From NCBI GenBank assembly GCA_002245135.1, contig NGBS01001174.1:62001-126000 (forward strand): DNA of 64,000 nucleotides, written 5' to 3'. Shown here piece after piece: positions 35,619-50,600 of this stretch (its first letter is position 1; the number at the start of each line of letters is the position of its first letter). Origin of the DNA: Proteromonas lacertae (lineage: Eukaryota). The notes beneath the pieces are model-generated. The model saw only the letters and a program-made list of their open reading frames with translations. It did not search any database and was not told where the DNA came from. The position numbers and the translations under genes were made by a program.

Positions 35619-38600
35619 ATGACTTACTGCATTTCAATGATATGCTTGCTTATGATATCATCATTAGTTGTGGGTTATGATGATCCTGTGTTTTATTCCC
35701 AGAATCTTGGTAATAAAATCCAAACTACATTGATTGTAGATGATCGTGATCCAAGAAAGATTAAGTCTAGCACAGTAGAAATAGATTCTACACCACCAGC
35801 TAAGACTCAAGTAGTGAAAATATCAACATCACTTTCATCATTAAAGCGTGGATTTATTGAAGTAAGATCTACTCCAGAGAAGTTATACAGTCAAGTTCAT
35901 TCAATCATCTTACACACTGACCATGTTCCACGTATTGAAGGTTTAAATATTACATCTTCTAAGAATGAGACTATTTTATTAAGACTATTACCAACCACCA
36001 AAACATTAGAATTACAATTCCCTCTCACAATGACTCAATTAATAGGTAAGATTCAAGAAGGATTTGGTAATAACATTTTTGAGAAGGTAACCAAGGTGAA
36101 TGACTATGAATATATATTTACCTATAAAGCCAGTAACTGTAATTCTTACAAATTACAGATTATTAATTCTACTACTAGTTATATTTATGTCAAACAACAA
36201 GCTACTGATTTAGAAGGTACTTTTCACTTAAAGAGTAATAATGCAGTTTCTGCACCAATATCTGTTAATTTAAATGAGACATATGTTAGAGATATATTAG
36301 CCTCACTTAATATTAACGATGTAAAAATAAAAATTTTACCATTATCAACCAGTAAATACTATGGCAAGATAATTAGAATTGAATTTTATCCTAAAGAGAA
36401 TGATATAGGTAATAATGCGTATAGAAGAGTATTAGGTATTGTAAACAATATGAATAATGGATCATTTATTCAATATTGCAGAAATCAAAAATCAGATTCT
36501 CTCTGTAACTTGACTGATTCAAGAGATGCAACTAAAATAATTGGAACTTATCAAATACACTCAAAAAATGATCAATTTACACTCAAAGCTGATAGTAGTA
36601 AAAATGAAATTGAAAATGCATTTATCAGTTTAGGTTTTGAGAATGTAAAAGTTGAGATGTATAACACTACATATGCAGGTCCAAATTATAAAGTTTGTTA
36701 TGATAATGCATTATTAATGTGTAAAATAATAACAGACAAGTTAAAATCAACCAATGAAAATGAAGATAATAAAGTAAATATAAAAGTCAATAGTAATAAT
36801 CCAAAGAATAAAAATAGTAATAGACTCAGTGGTAGTTTTGAATTACGTTATAAAGATACATCTTCCCCTCCATTACCTTGTAATATCGATATGGAAGGAT
36901 TAACCATATCATTAAACCAAATATCACAATTAGGAGCAGTTGAAGTAATGAATAGAGATTGTAATAGCAATTCTAATACATGTGACTTTACATTACATTT
37001 CATTGATGCTGTTAATGTTACTGAATTGAGTGTTGATGGTAGTTTATTGAGAGTAATAAATAATAGACATAATGATTATCCAATGATTGATTTGAAGATT
37101 ATATCTGGAGAATATTCTAAACCACCATTTAATTCATATAATAATGGACCTGAATATGTTTCAACTAAATATAATGACGATTATACTCATATTATCAGTG
37201 AATTAGCATTAGATCATCGATTTTATATAAGAGGAATAATCACTTATACTGATAATACAAAGTCAGAATATATTACATCAATACCTCCATCCATATTGAC
37301 TAAAAAAATTCCACCAGCTTCACCTACTAATATTACAGTAGAATATGTTGATTTGAACAATATAATCTTACACTGGAATAGACCAGTTTATAATGGAGGT
37401 CAATTCTTAGATGGATTTGAGATGGAATATAGTGAGAAAGACTTCGTTTCAAATATCCAAAGAGTGACAATTAAATATACAGCAAAACAAAGTAATGATA
37501 AATTCCATTTGGTTTATGGTGAAGAAATGACTAATGCTATTCCAATATCAGCTAGTGCATATGAAGTAGAGAATAGAATAAAGAAATTGAATAATATTGG
37601 TGATATTAGTGTGATTAGAAAAGATAAAGTTGAAAATGGTAAATTTGTAGTATATTTTGATATAAAGTTTGGTTTTTGTCGTTTGAATAATGAAGATGTT
37701 TATGTATGTAATAGTCAAGACAGTATTTCAACATTTAAATCATATTCAAGTAATGAATTAGATATAACAATTAAGACAATCTCATCTTTAAATCAGAATA
37801 TACAATCAATAACTAAACAATCAATACCAATAAAGAGTAATCAAAGATTATTGATTGATTTACAACAAAATACATTCTCGTACAAAATCCCAATCAAATT
37901 AGGTGTTAATAACAATTATAATGTGAGATTCTATACAAGAACATCCTGTAATGGAGGTAGATCTGATTGTTCTGTTTATAGTACTCCATTTGAGTTTACT
38001 ATTCCAAAAGTAGCAATTCCTACAGCTCCTTCTCATTTATATTTAGACTCAAAATCCGAAGAAGAAATATCATTTCATTGGTTAGCTCCAGTTGAAAATT
38101 ATGGCACAAATATAACAGGATATGAAATACAAATGAGTGAAATATTAAACACTGATAATTGGATTACTGTGTATGAAGGAAATGGTTTATCAAACATCAC
38201 TCAAGCTACAATAAGAAGTAATGAAACTGAATGGATAAAAGGAAGAAAATATTATTTCAGAATTCGAGCAATTACTCATTTATTAAGAGGTAATTTCAGT
38301 CAACCACAATCATTTGTTATTTCAGAATCAACAATACCAAATGCAATGAATCAACCACCAATTATATGTGATACAAACTCAACTGATGGAATTATCACTA
38401 TTAAATGGTATTCTCCTGAAAATGGTGGTAGTGAAATTACTAGTTATCATTTACATATTAATAATGAAGTTGAAAAATATGAAGTTAATAAAACTGAATA
38501 TAATCCTGAAGGAATATATTATTATTCGTTTGAAGATAGAGATTCAGATAAGAAATATACAATATCAATTGCTGCTGAGAATATAAATGGAATTGGTGAA

Positions 38601-41600
38601 TTAAGTCCTTCAGTTGATGTATATGTAAGTGATATACCACAACCACCAACTGATATTACATATTTAACCGTTTCAAATGACAGTATTAGTATTAAATGGC
38701 TTGATCCTGTGTTTGAAGAAGCAAATCCAATCATTGGTCATAATGTTTATATGGTTACTAATCCAGTATCCAATTATATTAAAGATGAGACAGTTAAAAA
38801 TACGATTTATGAATTAACTATTAATAATGCTGAAGATGGTTATTTTGTTGTTAGTTTTGGTGATTATTATAGTGATAATATTCCATATGATGTAGATGAA
38901 GAAGTATTAGCGACTAAAATATCTGAAGTATCTAGTGAAATAGCTGTAAAAGTAGAAGAAAGAGATAATGATGAGAAAGATGAAGAAAATAATGTTACTG
39001 AATATAGAAATCTAAATAATACAAATGATGATAATGATAGTGGTAATAGAACATTTATTATTACATTTATTCAACCACTTGGAGTTGTTAAAAACTTCAG
39101 ATGTTTTTCTGGAAGATTATTACCATTACCAACAGCTACAGTAAATTGTAAAATCATTCAAATGGGAAGTAATGTTACTTTAATCCATCATAATGTAGAA
39201 GATCCACACTTATCATCTTATACAATTAACAATATCAAATCATCCAAACCATATTCATTTATTGTAACAACTATTAATAGAAGAGGAGAAAGTTTACCAT
39301 CATTTCCATCTACCACTGTTTGGAGCGATAATAGAATCAGTAATAAATATACTTATGCAATTGGTAATGGTATAAAGAATGGAATTAGTGGAATTATTCA
39401 TGAAGAACAGTATATTTATTTACCAAAGAAGTGTAATGTTTCAATTAATGCAGGAAAAGATGAAAGTGAAATAATTGATATGAATACAACTGAAGTTAGT
39501 GATATTGAAAGAATTATTAGTGAATTGTATATGGTGAATAATGAGGGAATTGGAAGTGTTAAAGTATCAATTCAAACTATCTATTTGAATGACACTAATA
39601 GTGAAATGACAATGATGAAAATGAAGATATTATTTAACAATGGTAATGACTATCCTGAATTAAGGTTTACTATTTACAATAATAACAACGAAGAAAATGA
39701 GGAAGAAGAAGAAGGAGATGATAGTAATAAAGTGAAATACACAACAGAATTAGTGAAAGGTAAATATAATGAGTTTACTAATTGTTCCAAGAACTTCAAC
39801 TAATGATTATATAGGTAATGAATTATATCCTAATAGTTTACAAGGTAAAGAAATCTTTTATACTGAAATTCATGATGTAAATACTGAAGAATGGGTTGAA
39901 GATGGATATATAAGTAAATATAACCCAATGATTTATAAAACGTTGCAATATGATTTGAATAATTCTACTGAAAATGTATTTGATGAAATAACAGTTGAAT
40001 TTAATAATAAACATTACAAATTCAATATTTTAGATGATTTGAATGTGATTATGAATAAATTAGATGGTTTTATTAAAGATAGTCAAACAATAATCAATTA
40101 TAGTAATTTCATATTAACTATAAGTATAACATATTCTCCATTTAATAAAGAAATAATTGTACAAAATAAAGATGATATTATTGAACCAATAGTATTAGAA
40201 TCTCATCAAACTGTTCAACAAATCATTACTGGATTTGGTAATGATGAAGGAAGAAACGGATCTTTTATTATTAAGATGGAAGATCAAATCTTGTTTGATC
40301 CATTACAATGGGATATTTCAGCTGAAGATTTATTGAATCAAATAATGAAGTTTGATTTAGTTAAAGATATGAATATAACAGTAAATAGAACTGAATTAGG
40401 ATATGGTTATAAGTATAATATTGTGTTTAATAATATATATGGATTTGTATCTCCAATTGAAGTAATGGATTATAATTATACACATTTTATATATTCATCC
40501 AATGGAAATGATTCAATTAGTATTAGAGGTTTATTACAATTCAGATATAAGAATGAAACTACTAAATTAATACCATCTTGGTATTCTGCTAGTGAAATAA
40601 AGAAAGGAATTGAAGAATTACCATCTATTAATAGAGTAGAAGTATTTATAGAATCAAGTAATGTTAGTCAAGTAATCTATCATATTCATATTATTGATCC
40701 ATATTTAGTTGATGAAAGTGAATTTAAATTAGATCAATTTAGAATAACTGGTAATAAAATAAACAATGAACAATTGTTTAATGTTGAATTAATTCCAAGA
40801 CATGTTAAATCTTTGTATGCAATTGATGGATATGTAAAATCAAATATATTGGTTGAAGGATTACCTAGTTATACTGGAAAATATACCGTTTCAAAACCAG
40901 GAGAATATAAATTGTATGTCACTCAACCAAAGAGTGGATTAAAAGCTGAATATTATGATAATTTATGGTTTAAAAATACACCAAAATTAATACGAATTGA
41001 GAGAAGAGTTGATTTTGATTGGAATAATAAAAGAATCACTGAATTAGGAAGTAAATTAATATCCATAAAATATACTGGAAAAATAAGACCAAAAGTCAGT
41101 GGAAAATATAAGATTTACTTAAATTCAATAGATGGTGCTAGATTATATATAAACCATACATTATTTATTGATAATTGGAATAACAATAACAATGAAGTAG
41201 AAAAATGGAATGAAATTGATTTAATTAATGGAATTTATTATGATATTTCTATTGAATATCATAATGTTAGAAATAGTCAACCAAAACTACAGTTATCATG
41301 GAGTAATCATTTGATTCATAAAGAAATCATTCCTTCCACTATTTTTTATCACTTAGAACATATTAAAGGATCACCATACATTATTAATGTCAAACCTGGA
41401 TTTGGTCAATACAAACATTCAACAATTGTTAGTGGTAATACTACTAATTGTCAAGTTGGAATAGAATCACATATTATTGTTTTAGTGAAAGATGAAAATG
41501 GAAATAGTATTTTTGATAACAAACCAACTCAAAATACAGTTAAAGCTATTTTAACCAGTGTAATTGATCCTGATAGATATACATATTATCCCGAAGTTTT

Positions 41601-44600
41601 ATATTTAGGAGAAGGTAGATATGATATTAAATATTTAGTTGAAAAATCAGGTGAATATAAAATGTCATTATTAGTGAATGATTATGATATAGAATGTGAT
41701 TTAATCAACAAATGCAGTCCATTCATAATAATAGCATCAGCTGGATCAGTATCTGTTTATAATACAATAATAAATGGACCAAAATGTGGTACAGTTGGAA
41801 AACCAATCTATTATACAATCAATCCAAGAGATAGTTTTAATAATACAATAGTAAGAGAGAATGAGATGTTTACAACCTATTTGGAGTATTTAGATGAAGA
41901 TGTTGACAATTTATACAGTCAAATATCACATTCTTATTATTATAAAGATGATTTATACTCATTCCAATTTATACCATTTAAAACCGGAAGATATCATGTT
42001 TATACAAAGAATAACAACACAAAAGTACATTCATTTAGTAATGGAATTGTTACAATTAATGCAGGTATTATCGACCAATCAAAATCTGAGATTGCTTTGA
42101 ATTTTACACGTAATGTAGTAAAGGCACATGATGTGAATATAGTTACTTTATTATTAAGAGATGAATTTGGTAATATTCGAAATAATTTCAATTATACATG
42201 TAGTAGTTATGATAATAATGATTTATTTATTAATAGAATATTCATGAATATATCTAAGAATAATAATAAACAGGTTGTGTTTGAAACATCTACAATACAA
42301 TATAATGTAATAATAAATGAAAATTATGATGAAGAATATTCGTTAATATTTTATGGTAAAGCAATTGTAGGATTGTATAGAAATGTATCAATCTATTATA
42401 TTCAACATAAATTGAATAACATTCATCCAGTAAGAGTAGATGAAATAGAGAATGGATATAGAGTGACAATATTAAGAGATTTATCTGATTGGTATATTAA
42501 TGTCTTTGAAAGTAGGAATGATAATGTAAAAGTTACATTTATAAATGATAAATCAGGAGTTATTCAATTACCATATGTTCTTCATGAAACTGGTAATTAT
42601 ATTGTTGATGTTAGTTACAATGGAGTTGAATTTTCTAATTCTCCATTCCATTTGATTGTTATATCAAATGATTACGATGCTAAATCAACAGTGTTTTATG
42701 GAAATGATGGAAAGACTGATGAAAGTATTCAATTTTATATTCAGACAGTTGATACACCAGTAAATGAGATTGATTTGTTATATATTGATACTACCAAAGA
42801 TATATCAAATAATATCAATAACAATAAAACAGTAAGACAATTAGAAACAAGTAATAGAAACACCAAAATAACTTATAGTTGTAATTTTGTAACAGAAAGT
42901 GAAGAAATAACCTTCTCATTATTTGATGAAAATATCACTGTATATTCGTATATGAATGTTGATGAAATCTCTTCATTATTATCACAATATTTTGGTTTAG
43001 TTAAAGTCACATCATCCAATGAAACTCGTTTATGTCCATTTTATGAGAATATTGAAACTGATGTTGATGATGATTCTACAGCTGGTACAATAACTGAATT
43101 AGATCCAAGATTACTATTAGAAGATGAAGATGATATTGGTTATTTTACAATAGAATTCTTCAATTTAACAGGTAAAATTCCATTGAGAATCTATCCAGAA
43201 TCTTTGTATTTATTACCAAATAGAACATTTTATGAAAATACTGAAACTCCGTACTGTGGATATTATTATTTCTCATTGAATGAAGTATCAACTATTCGAT
43301 TATTCATAACATCATCACTTGAAGTGATTAAAGAAGCATTTAATAATGCATTTAAACATTCAAAGATATTAGGAAAGTATGAAATAAGAAAACCAATAGA
43401 GAATTTAACCTTATATGAATATGAGTTTATACAGAATATACCTCATCAACCAGATAATGTTTATTCATTATTAAAATTACATTATAAATTCGTTAATAAT
43501 AATGATGAAAGTATTATTAAACCACAAGTATTATACACTCAAATCCAAACTCCAATAAGAGAAAATAACTTGACAACTGATATTGGAATTAAACCATTCA
43601 ATGTTTCATTTAGTAATAACAATACAGATTTTGTGATAGGTGAATGTCAAAGACAAGAATTTATATGCAATACTGATGATTTTAATGAAGATGAAAGAAT
43701 AATAAATCAATTTGTATTGGCTAGTTCAATTGGTAGACCAATAATAATTGATTCAGATAATGTTACAGTTTCTGATTTTATAAAGATAATTAATGATAAT
43801 TATAATACAAGCTATGTAGTAGAAACAGCAGTAGGTGAAAATACAAAAATATGTAATAATGTCAGTATTATATTGAAAGATTGTAATGGTAAGAATAAAG
43901 ATCCAACATTCTATGTAAACCCAACAAATACTTTCTTTGGAATAATTAATACAAGAGTATTGGAACAAAAAACAGTTAGTATTAAATACATTGACAATGG
44001 ATTATATGAAGTAGATTATTCATCAATGAATAGTGGTATTTACACTCCTCATGTAATTGAAAATAATAATAATAATACTGAAGAAATGAATATGTATGAG
44101 TATTTAAAGATTGATATAACATCATCTGATTCAATTGATATTATCCATTCTATTCATTCATTACCTCCTTATGGATTTAGTAATGTTCCAGTAATAGAAG
44201 AAATACAATTGAATGATAAGTATTATAATAAAGTAAATAGATATTTAAATGAGAATGAAGAATTGGAGATTAAGATAAAGAATGAATTAGATGGAAGTAT
44301 AATACCATATGAATTAAGTCCAAAAGAAAATGGAATATACAATTTGACATTTATACCAACTCTAAGTAACAAGTTAAATGTTGAAATATCAATGAGAATC
44401 AAAGGTGGATTAAAAGCTTTGTATTATACAAGTGAAGATTTCAATGAATTATATTATGGAAATATATTCCATTGTCCAATCAAAGAGAGTGATTGTGATA
44501 GTACGAGAATTGATAAAGTGATTGATTTTGATTGGGGTTTATCTAGTGAATTTATTAATTATCCATTTGATTATATCAGTATGAAATGGGTTGGTTATAT

Positions 44601-47600
44601 ATTAATACCTTATAATAATGATAAATATACATTTTACTTAACAAATGATTATTATGTAAGTTTAATTATAGATGGAAATGAAATAATGAAGACTAATATT
44701 AATGATAGAATAGATAATGAATTATCGACCAGTATTGAATTATCTGAAGGTTTGCATTCAATTGAAATTACTTATATTTCATTAACAGGTGAATCTTTCA
44801 TTAAATTTGAATGGGAAAGTGAAAACATTGAAAGAAGTGTTATAGATTCTGAGTATTTCTATTATGAAAGAAATATAAGTCAAAGTCCATTTGTAATGGA
44901 TATTTATCCAGGTGAAATGTCTTCATTATCATCCACAATAGAATCATTAGAAAATTCTACAAGTAATTTGACATTAATATTGACAACAAGAGATATTAAT
45001 AGAAATGTATTGCTAAATAATGGTAATAGTCAATTTGAATTAGAAATGATTGGAATTGAAGATTGGGCTGGAAATGGTAAAGTTGGTCCATTCTACACAA
45101 ATGTTTCACATAAAGTAACAAACTGTAAAGTTGAGCCAATTCATTGGAATTTAATTTGTGAAAGTTGTGGTGAATATAATGAAATATCACGAAGATTATA
45201 TTTGAATAATTCTGGTTATTTACTACACAAAGGTGAAAGATTATTAATTGAAGATGAATTAGTTACAATTTCATTAATAAATGAATTGAGAAGTAATAAA
45301 AAAGGATTTGTAATTGAAAATTTAAAGAATAATAAGCATAGTGGATTAAAGGTATATCATGTAGGAGATGATACTGGCAAGTATTATGTAAGATGTGAAC
45401 CAGAAATACGAGGTAAATATAACTTCTATATTATACATAAGAATATAACTAATGAAATTCCTGTAATGATTTATCCAGTGACTGATGTTGATTATTGTAG
45501 TGTAATATTTAATAGTGAAATAATATCTGGTAGAAATAGTGAATTTTATATTCAAAGTAGAGATAAGTATTATAATAATCAAATGAGAGATATTGATGAA
45601 TATGATGTTAAATTGATTAATAACCATAATGATAGTATTACAATCAATTGTACAGTTAATTATATGTTTGATGGATTATATAATATAAGCTTTATACCAG
45701 TAGTAAAAGGTAATTATAGAATAAATGCTATCATTAATGGAAAGTTAGTTAGTCTTGGTAATAAGACTGTTGATGTTGTTTCAAAAGATGGAGTTGATGG
45801 TTCAAAATGTGTAGCAATTGAAGATAAAGTAACTCATGGCTTGACAGGTTCAAACTATTCAACAATTGGTGAATATACGATAGAATTGAGAGATGTGAAT
45901 AGTAATAGAATAGAACCTCAATATAGACATGAAATCCAAACAATAAAAGTTCCAATAAAATCAGGTAGTGAATGTAGATACAAATTGATATATAAAAACA
46001 CAGAAACAAAGGAAATATCGTGTTATTTAAATGGAGAGGAATTAAAGAAAGAATTATTTAAATATATTGAATTTGGAACAGTTGAAGTGACACTTACAGA
46101 AGAAGGAGATTATAAATATTATCAATTAATATTCATTACTGAAGAAGGACCATTGACAAATGTTAGAAGTACTAGCATTTATCAAGATATTCATATATTA
46201 ACATGTGATGAAAATGAATATCAAAGGATTAATTATACTGTAAATTCTGATAAACCATACTATTTATATTACAATAATTATCATACTGAAGCAATATATC
46301 CAAATAATAATACTGCTGAAGAAATAATGCAAAATATACTGAAGAATATACCAACAATATTGAATTTAACAATTGAAATGATTGAAAACAATTCATATAT
46401 TATTAGGTTAATATCTGTAGATGATGAAAGTGATAAGAAGTATATGAAATTCTATCCAAATACTTATGATAAAGATGATATTATATCAAATGAGATTATT
46501 TGTCCAATATATACACAATATGGAGTATATCCAGAGAAATTCTATGGTGAATTGACACGTTATAATAGTCAATATATTACATGCCATCAAGAAGTGGATA
46601 GTAATGTAAAATGTGTTTATAAAACACCAAGAGTTGATAACTATACACTTTCAAACTATTATTTGACTCGAGGAGGTTTGAATGGAACTTATCATGCTAG
46701 TAGATGGTTATCTGGTACAGTGTTAGGAAATAGAATTGATAAAGAGATAAACTTCAACTGGCCTGGTTTAATATTTGATAAAGAATCTGATGTTTTATCA
46801 ATTAGATGGAATGGTTTTATTGAAATAGTTTTTGCTGAAGAATATACAATAACAGCCAAGTTTAATGGAGGTGTTAAAGTAATTATTAATAATAAAGAAA
46901 TAATGAATGCAAATCATCTTGGCAATGAAGAAGAAGTTAGTGGAAAATTCAATGTAACTGTTGCTACAGTTTATCCGATAGAAATACAATATAATGATCA
47001 AATAGGTAATTCAGTGATTGAATTGTATTGGGAATCTGAACATCAAATCAAATCAATCATTCCATCCAATAGATTATTCTATAAGAAAGAATTAATAGAA
47101 AATTCACCATCATTTAATATTCCCAAACCAATATTACCAGGAATTGCAAGTGATGTTACAGTTGGTGTAGTAAATGCAACCGCTTTGAAATTGCAATGGA
47201 ATTCACCAGCTGATAGTGAAATGAGTGATGGAGATGGTGGAATAGCAATTGATCATTATTTAATCACATACAAACAAGAAGATTATGATGAAGAGATAAA
47301 TTATTTATACAATATAACAACAGCTCCAATTACACATTTTGAGTTTATTATATCTAACTTAAAACCAATGAATGAAACATGTATTAGTATTACATCTCAT
47401 AATGAAGCTGGCTATGGAGAAAGATATAATTATACTGAATGTATTAGACCAGAATCTACTCCATCAGATATTACTTATTTGAAAGTCTATCATATAGAAG
47501 ATAATGATAATTCATTGAGATTATATTATGTTGAACCATATGAATGGAATAGTATTAATAAAACAGGATACTTAATTGAATGGTCATTATCACAATTTAA

Positions 47601-50600
47601 TGAAAATAGTAATGAAAATATACAATCCTATTTATTAGAGAATTATACACAATTAACCTATGATATACCAAATCTAATAACAGGAGAAGAGTATTATATT
47701 CGAATAGCTGCAGTTAATGGTAGAGGAAAAGGACCATATGAAACTCTAACAAATCCAATGAAAGTAATGGCAAAACCTCATCCAATACATTATATATCAA
47801 TAGCAGTAGAAGATGTTAAATCCAACTTAGATTTAGATACTTGTAACATATCTACATCATTATTAATTACATTTGATGAATCACCTGATGAAAGAGGTAG
47901 TGAAATTGATTACTATTTAGTAGAATATGTTCCAGCTGGTGAAGAAGTAGAAACAAAAAAGCCAAACGATTATATTATTCAAAAGAATTATACATTAACA
48001 GTTTGTAATGATGAAAGTAGAATATCATATCAATTTATAGTTGTTGATAATGATAATAATGAATATAGATCTACATTTATTAATAGTAAACTACCTGAGT
48101 ATGAACTTAAATCGTTATTGGAAGGAATTACTGGTATTAATAAAGTAAAAGTTGAATTAAATGGTAATAATTACACTATTAATATATATAATAATATTAC
48201 TCTCAGTATATTCTCATATAATGGATGTGATGAATTAAAGCCTATAAGTAGTGAATATTTAGAGAATGAGTATTATAAATATGGAATTGTTAAAACATAT
48301 CCAAAACAAACCAATTTCAATATCACAATAATGAATTTAAACACTTCAATACATTATGCATTCTATATTTCATCACATAATGAAATGGGTTTGAGTAAAC
48401 CTCAAATTGGAGTTCCACAAAGGTTTTCACCACCAACAATTCAACCAGATCCACCAAGAAATGTAACTGTTAGAAATATAATAGAAAATGGAACAGTTGA
48501 AGTTAGTTGGATTACTCCAGTATGTGATGGTGGTTCTGTGATTGATAAATATCACATTTTATTTACCTCATCATCTAATTCTACCCATTTTAATGCAATA
48601 GCAAGTGATAGTTGTAGTGATAATAATTGTTCAATAATAATTGATAAGGAAATAGTATTAGGCGTTGAATATGAAGTAAGTGTTTATTCAAGAAATAAAG
48701 AATCATTGTCAAAAGTTGGTTGTTATAGTGACAAAACTATTATTCCACATGTAATTCCAGATAGAGTCAAATCATTAACAAGTCATAAATTAGAGAATGG
48801 ATCTGTTTTATTAGAATATATACCTGGTTTTAATGGCGGATTGAATATTACATATTATGAAATACAATATGATATTATGGATAATTTTATTCATTTAATT
48901 GAAGCACAAAAATTTATTCATCAATCATTTAATTCATATTCGTTTACAAGAAATAGAAATAGTGCACCAATAACTTTTAAATGTGATGGACATTCTACAG
49001 ACTATATTGAAGTTGATAATAGATTTGATATGATAAAAGAATTGGAAAGTTATGATTTTATTGGTCATGTTGATTTATATTATTATGTTTTACCAACATC
49101 AACTAATAGTATTACTTATGTTGTGAAATTCTTATCAGGAACATGTGAAGATTTTAGTGCAGAAAAAAATGGAAATAATTATAATGACCAACCTAATTCA
49201 TTAACTACAAAATATGAAGGTTTGAGCTATCAAGTTATAAATATGAGTAATAATAATAGTTTTAGTTTGAAAGTTGGAGATAAACAGACAATAACTATGA
49301 GTGATAAAGTTACCGTTAGTGAAATGAAAAGAATTATTGAGAATTCATTACCATCATTAGGAAGTGTAGAAATTGTAAAGAATAGAAATGAATTTAACTC
49401 TCAATTTACTATATATTATTTATCTTATGTAAATATTACTGGAATGACTATATTAGAAGCAAATGGTGAAAATAATGTAAATATAACAGAAGTTAATGTA
49501 GGAGAATATGAAAACATATCAACAATATTCAGTCGTACAATATATGTTCCAGCAAATCCTAATGCAGAAATACAGCAGTTTGTATTGAATGACTTAATTC
49601 CTGGTGTTTCATATTCAATAAACATAAAAGCCACAAATCAAGATGATAAGAATAGAAAAGAGTATTATAGTTTAGAACAATACTGTAATCCATTATTGAC
49701 TAAGTCTATTGAATTAATAAGTTCACCAGAGTCAATTAAAGTGAAAGTCATTGATTCAAGGCAAATAGAAGTATCTTGGTTACCACCATTTGACTATGAA
49801 AAACAAGAAATAGATAGTTATAAAGTAGAATATGATACAAGTAAAGACTTTCTGGTTAATCCAAAATCTAAAATATTACCATATCAAAGTGAAATACAAA
49901 GAATTATTGTTTCAAGTTCATATCCAGATTTACATGGTTATTTTAGAGTTTATTATTTGAATAAATATCATACTGTTAATATTCCATTTAATACTACAGC
50001 TGAAAAGATGAAAGAAGCATTGGAGGATATTTCTGTTCCAGTCAAAATTGTGAATAGAATAGAAATGACATATTCTGCAATACCACCTATATCACCATAT
50101 GGTTATATTTATGATATTGAATTTTTTGAATCAAGATTTCAGTATTCAATGTTACAAGTGTCAAGCCAAATAGGCATATTTAATAATATATCATACAATC
50201 AGAATTTGGGTGGAAATTTAGCAAATGTGAGAGTGGAAAGAATTCAAAAAGGTGGTTTACCGTCCTCGTTAGTAATAAACAACTTAAATTCTGATTTCAC
50301 ATATTATGTGAGAATATCCAGCCATAGTTCATTATCTGATATTTACAGTACTCCAACTATATATACAAGCAAGATTAATCTTGAAAAGAAAGTTCCATCT
50401 GAACCACAGAATGTGACTATTTATTCATATAATGATAATGAAGTTACTGTTTATTGGAATAAACCTTTATATAATGGTGGTTCTGAAATAACTCATTATG
50501 ATATCCAAATATCTGACACATTTGATTTTGAAACAATAAGAACAAATGAATATAAATTATTAATAGATAAATATAATAGTAATAATGATGTTTATGATTT